Source of the DNA: Turneriella sp.
GTDB lineage: Bacteria > Spirochaetota > Leptospiria > Turneriellales > Turneriellaceae
Direction: 5' to 3'
Length of the DNA: 64,000 nt
Assembly (NCBI GenBank): GCA_965279515.1
Contig: CBDIID010000003.1
Span: 864,001 to 928,000, forward strand
Both the position numbers and the translations under genes were made by a program. Positions 32,735-42,788 of the stretch are shown here, one piece after another. The notes below the pieces were generated by a model. It was not told where the DNA came from. It searched no databases and was given only the letters and a program-made list of their open reading frames with translations. Position 1 is the stretch's first letter; every line of letters starts with the position of its first letter.

Positions 32735-33628
32735 TTAAAGGAACTTACTCTTCGCTACACCTTCATCAAACTCGCCGTAACCCGCATAGTCGATCAGGTC
32801 ATAGAGCTCTTGCCGCGTCTGCATGTTCGGTACTTCACTTTCCTGCGAGCCCGAATTTTTAATGGCATTGAAGACGCGCTCGACGGCCTTCATCTGCACA
32901 CGCAGTGAGGTGACGGGGTAAATCACCATTTTATATCCCCATTCCTGGAACTTTTGCGCTGGAATATAAGGCGTTTTACCGAATTCTGTCATGTTCGCCA
33001 GCAGCGGCACCTTGACTTCGGCGGCAAATTGTTTGAATTCTGCTTCTGTTTTCAGCGCTTCAGGGAAAATCGCATCGGCGCCAGCATTGACGTACATCTT
33101 CGCGCGCTTGATCGCTTCTTCAATGCCAAAGATCGCATGGGCATCGGTGCGCGCCAGCAACATCAGGTTCTTGCGCGTCTTTGCTATCGCTTCAATTTTG
33201 CGGCACATTTCATCTGCCGTGACGAGTTCTTTGCCTTCGAGGTGACCGCATTTTTTGGGCAGCTTCTGGTCTTCCATCTGGATCATCGCCGCGCCGGCGC
33301 CTTCCATCTCAAGCACAGTGCGTGGCAGGTGCACGACTTCACCGAAACCGGTGTCGACATCGACGAGAATCGGCAGGTTGGTCGATTGGTAGAGGCCGCG
33401 CACATAGTCCGCAAGCTCTGTGACCGTGAAGTAGCCGATGTCGGGCATACCGCGCGAGGCAGAAAACGCCGCGCCGGAGATATAAAGAGCTTTGAAGCCG
33501 GTCTTTTTGGCCATGAGGCCCGTCAGCTGATCGTGCGCGCCGGGCATCTGCACAATCTCTTTGCCCTGCAGCAGGGCTTTCATCCTTAAAGGAGCATCAA
33601 ATTCGCGTTTGTCTAACATCCATGGCAT
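32735..33628 (-). CDS. prpB: Methylisocitrate lyase
   Basis: LVDVDTGFG, EDQ..PKKCGHL, ARTDA, LANMTEFGKTP, MQTRQELY. Confidence 0.93.
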   Translation of the reverse strand: MPWMLDKREFDAPLRMKALLQGKEIVQMPGAHDQLTGLMAKKTGFKALYISGAAFSASRGMPDIGYFTVTELADYVRGLYQSTNLPILVDVDTGFGEVVHLPRTVLEMEGAGAAMIQMEDQKLPKKCGHLEGKELVTADEMCRKIEAIAKTRKNLMLLARTDAHAIFGIEEAIKRAKMYVNAGADAIFPEALKTEAEFKQFAAEVKVPLLANMTEFGKTPYIPAQKFQEWGYKMVIYPVTSLRVQMKAVERVFNAIKNSGSQESEVPNMQTRQELYDLIDYAGYGEFDEGVAKSKFL

Positions 33629-33705
33629 AAGGCAGCGTCGAGGATCGAAACAGGCCGTAAAACGAGAATTGCTTGACCGGGCGGCAAAGCGCGGTATCTG
33701 ATGGT

Positions 33706-34269
33706 ATGGCTTTAGCAGCGCCCGCCCGAAATAAACCGCGCTACGAAGGGATGCGCGTCACACGCGAGGAGTACCTTGACCTGCAGGAAGACGGCTTCAA
33801 ATACGACGTAATCGACGGAGTAATGACCATGGCACCGAGCCCCTATTTTGAACATAATCTCAGGGCGACGAATTTATTGGCGCGGTTACATTCCTATCTC
33901 AAAGAAACGGATTCTGGCCTCGTTGCTAACGAAACCGATGTTCTCTTACCTGACGGTGGCGACCCGCTCAGGCCTGATATCTCCCTTATCATGAAGCAAA
34001 ATCTGCAAATTATAAAAGGTCATATCCACGGTACGCCCGATCTCATCGTTGAGGTGCTCTCCGAATCGACCCGGGAACGCGACCTGGGAGTAAAAGCCGA
34101 TCGCTACCTCAAATGCGGAGTGCGTGAATACTGGATTCTCGATCCGGAAGATAAAACCATGCAATTGTGGCTGAACCGCAAAGACCACTGGGAGAAGAAA
34201 AATGACCCCGAACTTGCGTCGGAGTTGCTGCCCGGGTTATTGATCAGCAGGGCCGAGATTTTTGCTTAA
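33706..34269 (+). CDS. Uma2 family endonuclease
   Basis: MAPSP..H, RPDIS, PDLIVEVLSEST..RDLGVK..RY..GVREYWILDP. Confidence 0.92.
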   Translation: MALAAPARNKPRYEGMRVTREEYLDLQEDGFKYDVIDGVMTMAPSPYFEHNLRATNLLARLHSYLKETDSGLVANETDVLLPDGGDPLRPDISLIMKQNLQIIKGHIHGTPDLIVEVLSESTRERDLGVKADRYLKCGVREYWILDPEDKTMQLWLNRKDHWEKKNDPELASELLPGLLISRAEIFA

Positions 34270-34302
34270 GCAACCGAACAAAAACCGTCGCTCACACCAC
34301 CC

Positions 34303-35538
34303 ATGAACATTCTCGATTTTCTGAATAACTCCCCCTCACCCGCCTGGGCGGCCGAAACGGCAGCTCAACTTCTGCAAAGTGCGGGATTCAAAGAGACCGG
34401 TCGCAAAATTTTTCTGCGCCCCCACCCCGGCATGCTGGTCGCGGCGGTCTTGCCCGAAAAAATACAGGCTGACAAAGCCTCATTCCGTATCATCGGCGCA
34501 CACACAGATTCACCCCACCTGCGCCTCAAACCCAACACTGCCGTTGAGGCTGCCGGTCATACCGTACTCACGAGCGAAATCTATGGCGGCGCCCTGCTCT
34601 ACACCTGGTTCGACCGCAATTTAGGCATTGCCGGTGAAATCTATTATAAATCGGGAAGTTCGGTTGCGCAGAAGCTCATCAAGATCGATGCGCCTGTCGC
34701 GATTGTGCCATCGCTGGCAATCCATCTGCAGCGTGGCGTCAATGAAGACGGTTTTATTCCCGCGAAGGCCGCGGGCATGAATGCACTCATTACCTTAAAG
34801 AAGGGGGATTTAGACTTCAACCAATATCTGGCGGCGCAGGTCAAGATTGCGCCCGAAACTTTGCTCAGCTATGACCTTTCCCTGTTCGATGTCCAGAAAG
34901 CCACGCGCGGCGGGCTGGATGATCAGCTATTGTCTTCAGCCCGCCTAGACAATCTCGTGAGTTGTTTTACTGCAGTCAGCGCACTCGCAGGTGCGGGCAG
35001 TGAAAATAGGATTCCGGTCGTCGCGCTCTTCGATCATGAAGAGATCGGCAGCGTTTCAGAGGCCGGTGCCGAAAGTATACTTACAGAAAACCTGCTGCGC
35101 GATTTCGGCGCACAGGCCGGGCTTGATGAAAAATCTTTCCGCAGCGCCCTCGGCCGCAGTATCTTTTTGAGCGCCGATATGGCGCACGGGGTACATCCCA
35201 ACGCAAGCGACAAGCATGACACGCAGAACCGGCCCCGCCTCGGCGGCGGCGTGACGCTCAAGGTGAACCAGAACCGCCGCTATGCGACCAGCGCAGCGAC
35301 GCAGGCGGTATTTCACGATATCTGCCGTACGAACCAAATTGCGTCGCAGATCTACACACACCGCAACGATTTACCCTGCGGCAGCACCATCGGCCCCGCA
35401 GTCAGCGCCCGGCTGGGCATAGCCACGCTCGACGTCGGCGTGGCGATGCTGGGCATGCATTCGATACGCGAAACCTGCGCGTGGGAAGATCTTGCCCACT
35501 ATCAGAAATTTATGAGCACGTTCTTGGCGGGGTCATAG
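34303..35538 (+). CDS. M18 family aminopeptidase
   Basis: GAHTDSP, WFDRNL, RLDNL, FDHEEIGS, SADMAHGVHPN, CGSTIGP, MHSIRE. Confidence 0.95.
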   Translation: MNILDFLNNSPSPAWAAETAAQLLQSAGFKETGRKIFLRPHPGMLVAAVLPEKIQADKASFRIIGAHTDSPHLRLKPNTAVEAAGHTVLTSEIYGGALLYTWFDRNLGIAGEIYYKSGSSVAQKLIKIDAPVAIVPSLAIHLQRGVNEDGFIPAKAAGMNALITLKKGDLDFNQYLAAQVKIAPETLLSYDLSLFDVQKATRGGLDDQLLSSARLDNLVSCFTAVSALAGAGSENRIPVVALFDHEEIGSVSEAGAESILTENLLRDFGAQAGLDEKSFRSALGRSIFLSADMAHGVHPNASDKHDTQNRPRLGGGVTLKVNQNRRYATSAATQAVFHDICRTNQIASQIYTHRNDLPCGSTIGPAVSARLGIATLDVGVAMLGMHSIRETCAWEDLAHYQKFMSTFLAGS

Positions 35539-35558
35539 GGGTATGCAATACCCCTATG
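35534..35558. terminator. Perfect 11-bp hairpin between convergent genes
   Basis: CATAGGGGTAT-GCA-ATACCCCTATG. Confidence 0.5.
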
Positions 35559-35582
35559 CATTTGATTACTTTTTAAAAGTAA

Positions 35583-35939
35583 TCAACCCATATTCCCGGC
35601 GCGGGAATTGATCTTATCGAGAAAGTCGAAATCGAGATTCAGCGTTTCATCGCCGTCAAAATGGCTCTTGAGTTCGGCGTAGATAATGCCGGAAAAATGC
35701 TTCTTGTCGTTGAGTTGGGGATGGATTGAGTACTCCACCCACCTGCCCTGCTTATTATCTAATACGAGATCGGAATCGCGCAGGATGGATAAATGCTGGG
35801 AAATCGTCGGCATCGACAGGCGCAGCATGAGTTTAATGTCATTAACGACGAGCGGTCGGCGCGACAAAAGCGCTAAAATCCGCAGCCGCTGCTTGTCGGA
35901 GAGCGCTTTGAACATGCGTTCGTATTCGCGCAATTGCAC
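35583..35939 (-). CDS. ArsR/SmtB family transcriptional regulator
   Basis: FKALSDKQRLRIL, PTISQHLSILR..LV...GRWVEYS; no Cys residues. Confidence 0.93.
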   Translation of the reverse strand: MQLREYERMFKALSDKQRLRILALLSRRPLVVNDIKLMLRLSMPTISQHLSILRDSDLVLDNKQGRWVEYSIHPQLNDKKHFSGIIYAELKSHFDGDETLNLDFDFLDKINSRAGNMG

Positions 35940-35959
35940 ACTTAACGAAGTGGCGAAAT
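35940..35959 (-). promoter_or_regulatory. Putative ArsR-type operator, copy 1 (ATTTCGCCACTTCGTTAAGT)
   Basis: Abuts the arsR GTG start; TTGACA at 35974-35969; matches three other copies. Confidence 0.7.
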
Positions 35960-36014
35960 GAATCGGCGTGTCAAGTAGGTCAAATAATGGAAGATCTGAT
36001 TGTGAATCAAAAAA

Positions 36015-36041
36015 CGCCGTGTCCCCGTGCTCGCCGTGGTT
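36015..36041. repeat. Half copy of CACGG/CCGTG REP-like element
   Basis: CGCCGTGTCCCCGTGCTCGCCGTGGTT resembles an arm of the 37134 and 42728 elements. Confidence 0.6.
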
Positions 36042-36095
36042 CTCATTTTTTTAAGCCTTCTATTCATTCAATTGATAACCTGCTAACATATTTAT

Positions 36096-36115
36096 ACTTC
36101 GCTATTTATCAAAAT
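36096..36115 (+). promoter_or_regulatory. Putative ArsR-type operator, copy 2 (ACTTCGCTATTTATCAAAAT)
   Basis: Upstream of pstS in AT-rich promoter region. Confidence 0.65.
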
Positions 36116-36246
36116 AAAGATTTTCTCGCTGAGTCACCTGCCCATTATGTCCCCAAGCCGTATTAGAGTCCTGTGGAAGCCTCCACACGAGTCCAATACG
36201 GCCCGACGGGGGAAATCCCCCTCAAATGGAAAAGAAAGGAGAATGT

Positions 36247-37119
36247 ATGAAAACAGCAAAGATCATAGCCGCCCTGTCACTCGCGGCCCTCATTGCCTGC
36301 GGTAAAAAGGACGCGAGCCTTAAAATTGCGGGTTCAGACACGATGGTGCAGCTCGGCCAGACCCTGGCGAAGACCTACATGGAAGCAGATGCGAAGAATA
36401 AAGTTTCTGTTCAGGGTGGCGGCAGCGGCACAGGCATCGCGGCGCTACTCAACGGTTCAACCGACATTGCCAGCGCCTCACGTGAAATGAAACCCAAGGA
36501 ATGGGACCAGGCGAAGGCGAAAGGCCTCAATGTGAAGGAATATGTTGTGGCGCTCGACGCATTGGCAGTCGTGGTGAACCCCACAAACAAAGTCGCTAAA
36601 CTCACGATCGCACAACTCAGTGATATCTATTCGGGCAAAATCAGCAACTGGAAAGAAGTCGGCGGCGAAGATAAGGAAATCCTCGTGATTTCGCGCGAAA
36701 ACAACTCGGGCACGCATGTCTATTTCAAAGAGCATGTGCTGCGCCAGGGTAAAGAAGCGAAAAAAGACGACGCCAACCCGGACCCGCTGTCAAAACTCGA
36801 ATTCGGCAGCAAGGTCACCTACGGCGTTTCATCCCAGGCGATCGCTGACCAGGTGAAATCAAACCCGGCAGCCATTGGTTATTTCGGCATGGGTTGGATC
36901 ACCAAAGATGTGAAGGCCGTGGAGATCAGCAAGGACGGCAAAACCTTCTTTGCGCCGACCGCTGAAAATACTTCGAGCAAAAAATATCCGATCGCGCGCG
37001 GTCTGCAGATGTATCTCAACACCGCATCGGGTGAAAAAGGCCAAAGGTTCATTGACTTTGTGATGAGCGCTGCCGGACAAAAGGTTGTTAAAGACCAGGA
37101 TTTCGTTCCGGTTAAGTAA
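36247..37119 (+). CDS. pstS: Phosphate ABC transporter substrate-binding lipoprotein
   Basis: LIAC lipobox, IAGSDTM, GGGSGTG, IASASR, SRENNSGT, YPIAR. Confidence 0.95.
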   Translation: MKTAKIIAALSLAALIACGKKDASLKIAGSDTMVQLGQTLAKTYMEADAKNKVSVQGGGSGTGIAALLNGSTDIASASREMKPKEWDQAKAKGLNVKEYVVALDALAVVVNPTNKVAKLTIAQLSDIYSGKISNWKEVGGEDKEILVISRENNSGTHVYFKEHVLRQGKEAKKDDANPDPLSKLEFGSKVTYGVSSQAIADQVKSNPAAIGYFGMGWITKDVKAVEISKDGKTFFAPTAENTSSKKYPIARGLQMYLNTASGEKGQRFIDFVMSAAGQKVVKDQDFVPVK

Positions 37120-37133
37120 TCGGTATGAAAAAG

Positions 37134-37199
37134 ACCACAGCGATCACGGAGGACACGGCGATGAAACCAAATCGCCGTGCTCGCCGTGCCGCCGCGGTT
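37134..37199. repeat. CACGG/CCGTG palindromic REP-like element
   Basis: ACCACAGCGATCACGGAGGACACGGCG...CGCCGTGCTCGCCGTG; near-identical inverted copy at 42728. Confidence 0.75.
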
Positions 37200-37320
37200 A
37201 AAAATTCTATCGCCATTCAGCAAAATTGCCTTGAAAATCAAGGTCATTTTGCTAAATGACGAATAACGATGTACGCAAAGTCGAAGGGGCAATAGTTGGC
37301 CTGCGTACGAGGAGCTATCA

Positions 37321-38205
37321 ATGCAAAAGCGTAGCCGCATCGCAGAATATCTCATCGAAAAAGGCCTGATACGATTATCGGGTTATGCGGCCGTCGCCGT
37401 ATTGCTCCTGATTCTGTTCTTTATTTTGCGCGAAGGTCTGCCGTTCTTCGGCGTCTACAGCGCATCGGATTTCCTCTTTAAGACAGACTGGTATCCGCTC
37501 TCGGGCCGTTACGGCATGTTGCCGCTTCTCACCGGCAGCATCATGGTCACTGTATTGTCGCTCGCCGTCGCTGTGCCGATGGCGATCGGGACTGCAATTT
37601 TTCTCTCAGAACTTGCGCCAACACGCGTGAGAAGCATGTTCAAGGTGCTGCTCGAAATACTCGCGTCGATACCATCGGTGGTGTTCGGCTTTTTAGGTAT
37701 TATCTTCTTAGGTCCCTGGGTGCAAAAGACCTTTGGCCTGCAGACGGGCCTTAACGCCTTTAGCGCGGGAATCCTGCTTGCCTTCATGGCTTTGCCCACG
37801 ATTGCCAGTGTCGCCGACGAGGCGATGCAGGCAGTGCCGCGCAGTTTGCGCGAGGCATCGCTGGCGCTGGGCGCAAGCCGCATACAGACGATTTTCCGTA
37901 TCACATTCCCCGCTGCATCGTCGGGGGTCATCGCCGGCGTGATGCTCGGCATCGGCCGCGCGATCGGTGAAACCATGACCGTGATGATGGTCGCGGGCGG
38001 CTCTGCGCAGGTAACTCTCAACCCGATGGCGCCGGTGCGTACCATGACGGGCACCATCGCCGCGGAAATGGGCGAAGTCGTGATGGGCGACGACCATTAC
38101 CGCGCACTCTTTATGATCGGCTTGCTGCTTTTTGTCATCACGCTCGGCGTAAACACGCTCTCGGGCCTGATCATCGAGCGCATCCGCCGGAGGCAGGGAG
38201 CATGA
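37321..38205 (+). CDS. pstC: Phosphate ABC transporter permease PstC
   Basis: [26 protein letters not shown]. Confidence 0.95.
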   Translation: MQKRSRIAEYLIEKGLIRLSGYAAVAVLLLILFFILREGLPFFGVYSASDFLFKTDWYPLSGRYGMLPLLTGSIMVTVLSLAVAVPMAIGTAIFLSELAPTRVRSMFKVLLEILASIPSVVFGFLGIIFLGPWVQKTFGLQTGLNAFSAGILLAFMALPTIASVADEAMQAVPRSLREASLALGASRIQTIFRITFPAASSGVIAGVMLGIGRAIGETMTVMMVAGGSAQVTLNPMAPVRTMTGTIAAEMGEVVMGDDHYRALFMIGLLLFVITLGVNTLSGLIIERIRRRQGA

Positions 38206-39059
38206 TCGCGCGCAAGATTCGCGTCGGTGACGGCATCGGCTTAGCGTTTATTTATACGATGACTGCTCTCGTCTTCTTGCCTTTGGTAGGCTTTCTCGTC
38301 TATGTCATTGCAAAAGGTGTCGGGCGCATCAACTGGGAGTTCCTCTTCACCGCGTCTTCGTCGATGGAATCGGGCGGCATCTTTGCACCGCTGTACGGTA
38401 CGTTGATTTTAACTCTGGCTTCTCTGGTGGTGGCGGTGCCGATTTCACTTTTTGCCGCAGTCTATCTTTCAGAGTACGCGCGCAAAGACCGCTGGTTCCA
38501 GATTATTGAACTCACGATTGTCAACCTCGCTGGAGTGCCGTCGGTAGTTTATGGCCTTTTCGGCTTGGGACTCTTCGTTATTTTCTTTGGCCTCGGCAAA
38601 TCCATCATTGCCGGTGCGCTGACGATGGCCTGCATGTCGCTGCCGCTTCTGGTCACGGTTTTTTACCAGGCGCTCAAAGCGGTTCCCCTAACCCTGCGCG
38701 AGGCATCGCTGGCGCTGGGGGCGTCGAAACTGGCGACAACGTTTAGGATCGTGGTTCCGACAGCGCTTCCCGGTATTTTCACGGGCGTCATTCTCGCAAC
38801 CGCGCGTATTGCCGGCGAAACGGCACCGGTACTCTTTACGGTCGCTGCATACTACATGCCCAACCTGCCGCAGAGCCTTTCAGATCAGTCGATGCTGCTC
38901 TCTTACCATCTCTATGTCATCAGCACACAGAATACCGGGGTCAAAGACGAACAGAAGTTTGCCGTCACGCTGGTTCTGGTGCTGCTCGTGCTCCTCGTGA
39001 ACCTCATCGCCATCTGGGCGAGATCGCGCGCCCGCAAAAAAATCGGTAACCTAGGATAA
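38202..39059 (+). CDS. pstA: Phosphate ABC transporter permease PstA
   Basis: [23 protein letters not shown]. Confidence 0.95.
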   Translation: MIARKIRVGDGIGLAFIYTMTALVFLPLVGFLVYVIAKGVGRINWEFLFTASSSMESGGIFAPLYGTLILTLASLVVAVPISLFAAVYLSEYARKDRWFQIIELTIVNLAGVPSVVYGLFGLGLFVIFFGLGKSIIAGALTMACMSLPLLVTVFYQALKAVPLTLREASLALGASKLATTFRIVVPTALPGIFTGVILATARIAGETAPVLFTVAAYYMPNLPQSLSDQSMLLSYHLYVISTQNTGVKDEQKFAVTLVLVLLVLLVNLIAIWARSRARKKIGNLG

Positions 39060-39063
39060 TATT

Positions 39064-39849
39064 ATGGAAAAAGCCGCCACGGATGTAATTACAAAGCCAA
39101 TTCTAAAACTCGAGCAGGTCAATCTGCATTACGGCGACAACCATGTGCTGAAAAATATCAGTATGGACATCGCCGCTAACTCGATTACCGCCTTCATCGG
39201 CCCTTCAGGCTGCGGCAAGTCGTCGCTGCTGCGCTGCCTCAACCGCATGAACGACCTCATTGATACGACCAAGGTCGAAGGTAAAATCTTATTCGACGGC
39301 AAGATCGACATCAACGAACGCCGCATCGACGTCACGCAACTGCGCCGCAAGATCGGCATGGTATTCCAGAAACCGAACCCCTTCCCCAAATCGATCTATG
39401 AAAACATCGCCTACGGTATACGCATTGCGCAGGCGGCGCCAAAATCTGAAGTCGACGGCCGTATTGAAGAGGCCTTAAAAAAGGTCGGGCTCTGGAAAGA
39501 AGTTTCTGACCGCCTGAAAGATTCGGGGATGGCCCTCTCGGGTGGCCAGGCGCAGCGGCTTTGCATTGCACGCACGATTGCCACGAAGCCCGATATCATT
39601 CTGATGGATGAACCTACCAGCGCGCTCGACCCGATCAGCACGCAGACGATTGAAGAGCTTACGCTCGAACTCAAAGAAAACTACACCGTGGTGATTGTCA
39701 CGCACAACATGCAGCAAGCCGCGCGGATCTCGGACAGCACGGCATTCTTTTACCTCGGTGATCTGATTGAATACAGCCCGACGAAAGTCATGTTTACGCG
39801 TCCGCAACAAAAGAGAACAGAAGACTACATCACAGGCCGGTTCGGCTAG
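39064..39849 (+). CDS. pstB: Phosphate ABC transporter ATP-binding protein
   Basis: [37 protein letters not shown]. Confidence 0.97.
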   Translation: MEKAATDVITKPILKLEQVNLHYGDNHVLKNISMDIAANSITAFIGPSGCGKSSLLRCLNRMNDLIDTTKVEGKILFDGKIDINERRIDVTQLRRKIGMVFQKPNPFPKSIYENIAYGIRIAQAAPKSEVDGRIEEALKKVGLWKEVSDRLKDSGMALSGGQAQRLCIARTIATKPDIILMDEPTSALDPISTQTIEELTLELKENYTVVIVTHNMQQAARISDSTAFFYLGDLIEYSPTKVMFTRPQQKRTEDYITGRFG

Positions 39850-39857
39850 GAGAAATT

Positions 39858-40484
39858 ATGCTCATCATCGAAAAAGCCCTCAAGGAACTCCGCGAAAACC
39901 TCAACTTGATGACCGAAGTGGTGCTCGACATGCTCGAGCTCGTCAAAAACTCGCTCGAACAGGAAAAGATCAACGAGCTCGAGGTTGTCTTCAAACAGGA
40001 TAAACACTTAGACCAGCTCGAAAAGGCCCTCGACCGCCAGTGCATGGAGCTGCTCGCACTCATCAATCCGCATGCGTCGGACCTGCGTTTTGTTTTTTCA
40101 GTGATCAAGGTCAACGTCGATCTCGAGCGCATGGGCGACGAATGCAAAAACGTCGCACGTGAGATGAAGGGTTACAGCGACAAAATACCACCTGAGATGA
40201 AACAACTGGCCGAGATGGTCTATGCCACTGCGCAGAAGACATTCCGCGCACTGAAGAATGACGATTCGAAGCTTGCGAAAGAGATTATTCTCGAAGATGA
40301 CGCCATCGACACACTCGAATACAATATCCTGCAAAAGTACCCGCAGATCGGCACCTCGTTTACCGCCAAGGCCCTCGAGCGCATCGCCGACCATGCGACG
40401 AATGTGGCTGAGAGCATCATCTATTCCGTGGAAGGTATTGACGTGCGCCACGAGAACACCATCAGACAGCGTATGGGAAAGTAG
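39858..40484 (+). CDS. phoU: Phosphate signalling protein PhoU
   Basis: DLERMGD, DDAIDTL, LERIADHATNVAE. Confidence 0.93.
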   Translation: MLIIEKALKELRENLNLMTEVVLDMLELVKNSLEQEKINELEVVFKQDKHLDQLEKALDRQCMELLALINPHASDLRFVFSVIKVNVDLERMGDECKNVAREMKGYSDKIPPEMKQLAEMVYATAQKTFRALKNDDSKLAKEIILEDDAIDTLEYNILQKYPQIGTSFTAKALERIADHATNVAESIIYSVEGIDVRHENTIRQRMGK

Positions 40485-40525
40485 CCCTTTGTTGCGCAGC
40501 ATAAAAAAGTGGCTGCGGCCTCAAC

Positions 40526-40545
40526 ATTTCGTTATTTTCCTAAAT
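40526..40545 (+). promoter_or_regulatory. Putative ArsR-type operator, copy 3 (ATTTCGTTATTTTCCTAAAT)
   Basis: 11 nt upstream of the ATG of the CBS/SpoIIE gene. Confidence 0.7.
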
Positions 40546-40556
40546 GAAGAATATAC

Positions 40557-41879
40557 ATGAAAGCAACAATGACAAAACTAACCAAAGAGACAGCCCCACA
40601 GTCCTGGGATGCCGAACTCACGCACGCGCTTGCCGTCGCCCGCAATATTCTCGAACAGCGTACCTGGCGGCAAAGCATCCGCGAAAACACTATCTTTTCG
40701 GCGTTCGAAGTCGGCAAGCTGGCCAACATCGCCATTGACTGGGTTTCGAACGAGACGGCGCTCAAAACCGTCGACGAACTCATACACGATTTCGGCATCG
40801 AGTTTTTTCCCGTACGCGCCTCGGGTAAATTTATCGGCTATGTGAAGCAGGAGAAATTCCGCGCGCTGCTGGGGCAGAACCAGTACAGCCGCGATATCTT
40901 TTTGCGCAGCGAAAATACCGTCATCGATGTTCTCGAAGAAGGTTTAGTGAGCGTCGATGCGCGTATGACTCTGCCTGAGGTGTCGCGCCTACTCATGGCC
41001 CGCGGCCGCGAGCAGCTCTATGATCCCTTCGTTATCACCTACCACGGCGAATATTACGGCGTCGCCACCGTTAAGGCCGTCATGGACGGCATCGCCTTCT
41101 ACGAGCAAAAAGATATCGCCGCCGCCCGCGAAGCGCAGCAGGCGATGAACAGCCCCAAAAAAAACAACCGGGGTATCTATGTCGATTATGACTTCTTTAT
41201 CGAGCAACACGGTGAAGTCGGCGGCGATTTTATCTATGCACAGGGCCTGAAACCCCATCTGACACTGTTCTCCGTGATGGACGTCTGCGGCAAGGGCCTC
41301 AAGGCGGCGCAGATGGCCATGGCGATGGGCGCCTATTTCCGCGCGATCTTCAAATATCTCTGCAAGACGGGTATCGATGCGGATTTCCGCAGTGTCAAAC
41401 TCTCGCAGCGCCTGAAAATCCTCAACACCATGCTGGCAAAATCGACGCCGTCCGATATGTATGCCTCAGGTGTCGTGCTGCTGCTCGATATCCGTAATAA
41501 TATTCTCCTTTACTTCGATTTCGGCCATACCCCGGTCTATGTGCTGCGCAACGGCAAGGTCATGCCGCTGCCGCGCGCAGAACACAACGAAGCCGACGGC
41601 TTCCCTTTCGTCGGTGTCGAAGAGCAGATGATCATCCGTTCGGTGCCGATACGCGTTAAATCGGGCGATGTCTTCATCGTCACCACAGACGGTATCGGCG
41701 AAACCCGCAACGAGATGCGCGAAGAATTCGGCGAAGACGGCATCATCCGCACACTGACCGGCCGTACATTTGAACACCCGACACAAGTGACCGAACTCAT
41801 GCGCACGGCACTGGCCAATTTCCGGGGCAAGTACCGAAGGCTCGACGATATGTCCTTCCTGAGCTTCATGGTGCCATAG
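40557..41879 (+). CDS. CBS-like domain + SpoIIE/PP2C-family protein phosphatase
   Basis: GEVGGDF, DVCGKG, TTDGI.E, DDMSFL; N-terminal CBS-like region (YDPFVITYHGEYYGVATV). Confidence 0.85.
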   Translation: MKATMTKLTKETAPQSWDAELTHALAVARNILEQRTWRQSIRENTIFSAFEVGKLANIAIDWVSNETALKTVDELIHDFGIEFFPVRASGKFIGYVKQEKFRALLGQNQYSRDIFLRSENTVIDVLEEGLVSVDARMTLPEVSRLLMARGREQLYDPFVITYHGEYYGVATVKAVMDGIAFYEQKDIAAAREAQQAMNSPKKNNRGIYVDYDFFIEQHGEVGGDFIYAQGLKPHLTLFSVMDVCGKGLKAAQMAMAMGAYFRAIFKYLCKTGIDADFRSVKLSQRLKILNTMLAKSTPSDMYASGVVLLLDIRNNILLYFDFGHTPVYVLRNGKVMPLPRAEHNEADGFPFVGVEEQMIIRSVPIRVKSGDVFIVTTDGIGETRNEMREEFGEDGIIRTLTGRTFEHPTQVTELMRTALANFRGKYRRLDDMSFLSFMVP

Positions 41880-41885
41880 GCACAG

Positions 41886-42704
41886 ATGTCTGAAAAGGTA
41901 AAAAAATTCCGCTTTAAAAAAGATACAGTTTACGACGCACTGTATATCTCCGATATCCATTACCTGCTGAAGAAGAAGGTCCGCAATCATATGCATAAAG
42001 ACCTCTTCAAAATGCTCGATCACCTGAAAAAACGCGGCGTGCGTTTCCGCAAGATTTTTCTTGTCGGCGATATCATTGAAAACTGGTATTTCAGCGCGCA
42101 GAGAAAACTCGTGCGCAAATTCGGTAAAAAACGCTTCAACAAGCTTTTCGACCGCTTCGACGCGCTCGCAACACCCGTTTCGCTCAAGGTTTACCTGATC
42201 GGCAACCACGACTCATTCAGCTATGTCGGCAGCCTGCCGCCGAAAATAGATCAGTACCTCAGGGAACGCGATTATGCGATCCAGGACCGCTATGAAAGCG
42301 AACGCCTGGTAGTATTGCACGGCCACCAGGGGCAATACACAAAATTTTCATGGTTCTTAAATATTCTCGGGGTGCGGCTTCTGCATCTACTGACGCATAT
42401 CTTTCCTTCGATTTTCATCACGATGGAAAATTTCTACCGCAAACATTTTAACTTCGACCGCAACGAGACCGAAGACGAGGTGCGCGAGTACTACGGCCTG
42501 CTGCGCGAACGCTCGAACCAGGGTAACCGCCTGCTGATCTGCGGCCATACCCACCAGGCGATGGCAGACCAGCGCCTGCGGGTTATCAATACCGGCGACT
42601 GGATCGAATCCGGCACGTTTGTCATCGAGCAGAACCAGGAATTTGTTGGTTTAGAGTTTAAATCGAAGAAGAAAATTCTGGAAAAATTCAACGTAAAACT
42701 GTAG
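41886..42704 (+). CDS. Calcineurin-like metallophosphoesterase, LpxH/PlcP-like
   Basis: ISDIH, LVGDIIENW, GNHD, LHGH, CGHTH, NTGDWIES. Confidence 0.85.
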   Translation: MSEKVKKFRFKKDTVYDALYISDIHYLLKKKVRNHMHKDLFKMLDHLKKRGVRFRKIFLVGDIIENWYFSAQRKLVRKFGKKRFNKLFDRFDALATPVSLKVYLIGNHDSFSYVGSLPPKIDQYLRERDYAIQDRYESERLVVLHGHQGQYTKFSWFLNILGVRLLHLLTHIFPSIFITMENFYRKHFNFDRNETEDEVREYYGLLRERSNQGNRLLICGHTHQAMADQRLRVINTGDWIESGTFVIEQNQEFVGLEFKSKKKILEKFNVKL

Positions 42705-42727
42705 CGCCTGGGAACCGTATCCTATGT

Positions 42728-42788
42728 AACCACGGCGAACACGGCGATTTGGATTTTTCCCGCCGTGCCCTCCGTGATCGCCGTGGTT
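42728..42788. repeat. CACGG/CCGTG palindromic REP-like element (inverted relative to 37134)
   Basis: AACCACGGCGAACACGGCG...CGCCGTGCCCTCCGTGATCGCCGTGGTT between convergent genes. Confidence 0.75.

Noticed and set aside
36041..36240. Classical PHO box upstream of pstS
   Set aside because: No convincing CTGTCAT-like 11-bp-period direct repeats; the dyad motif fits better
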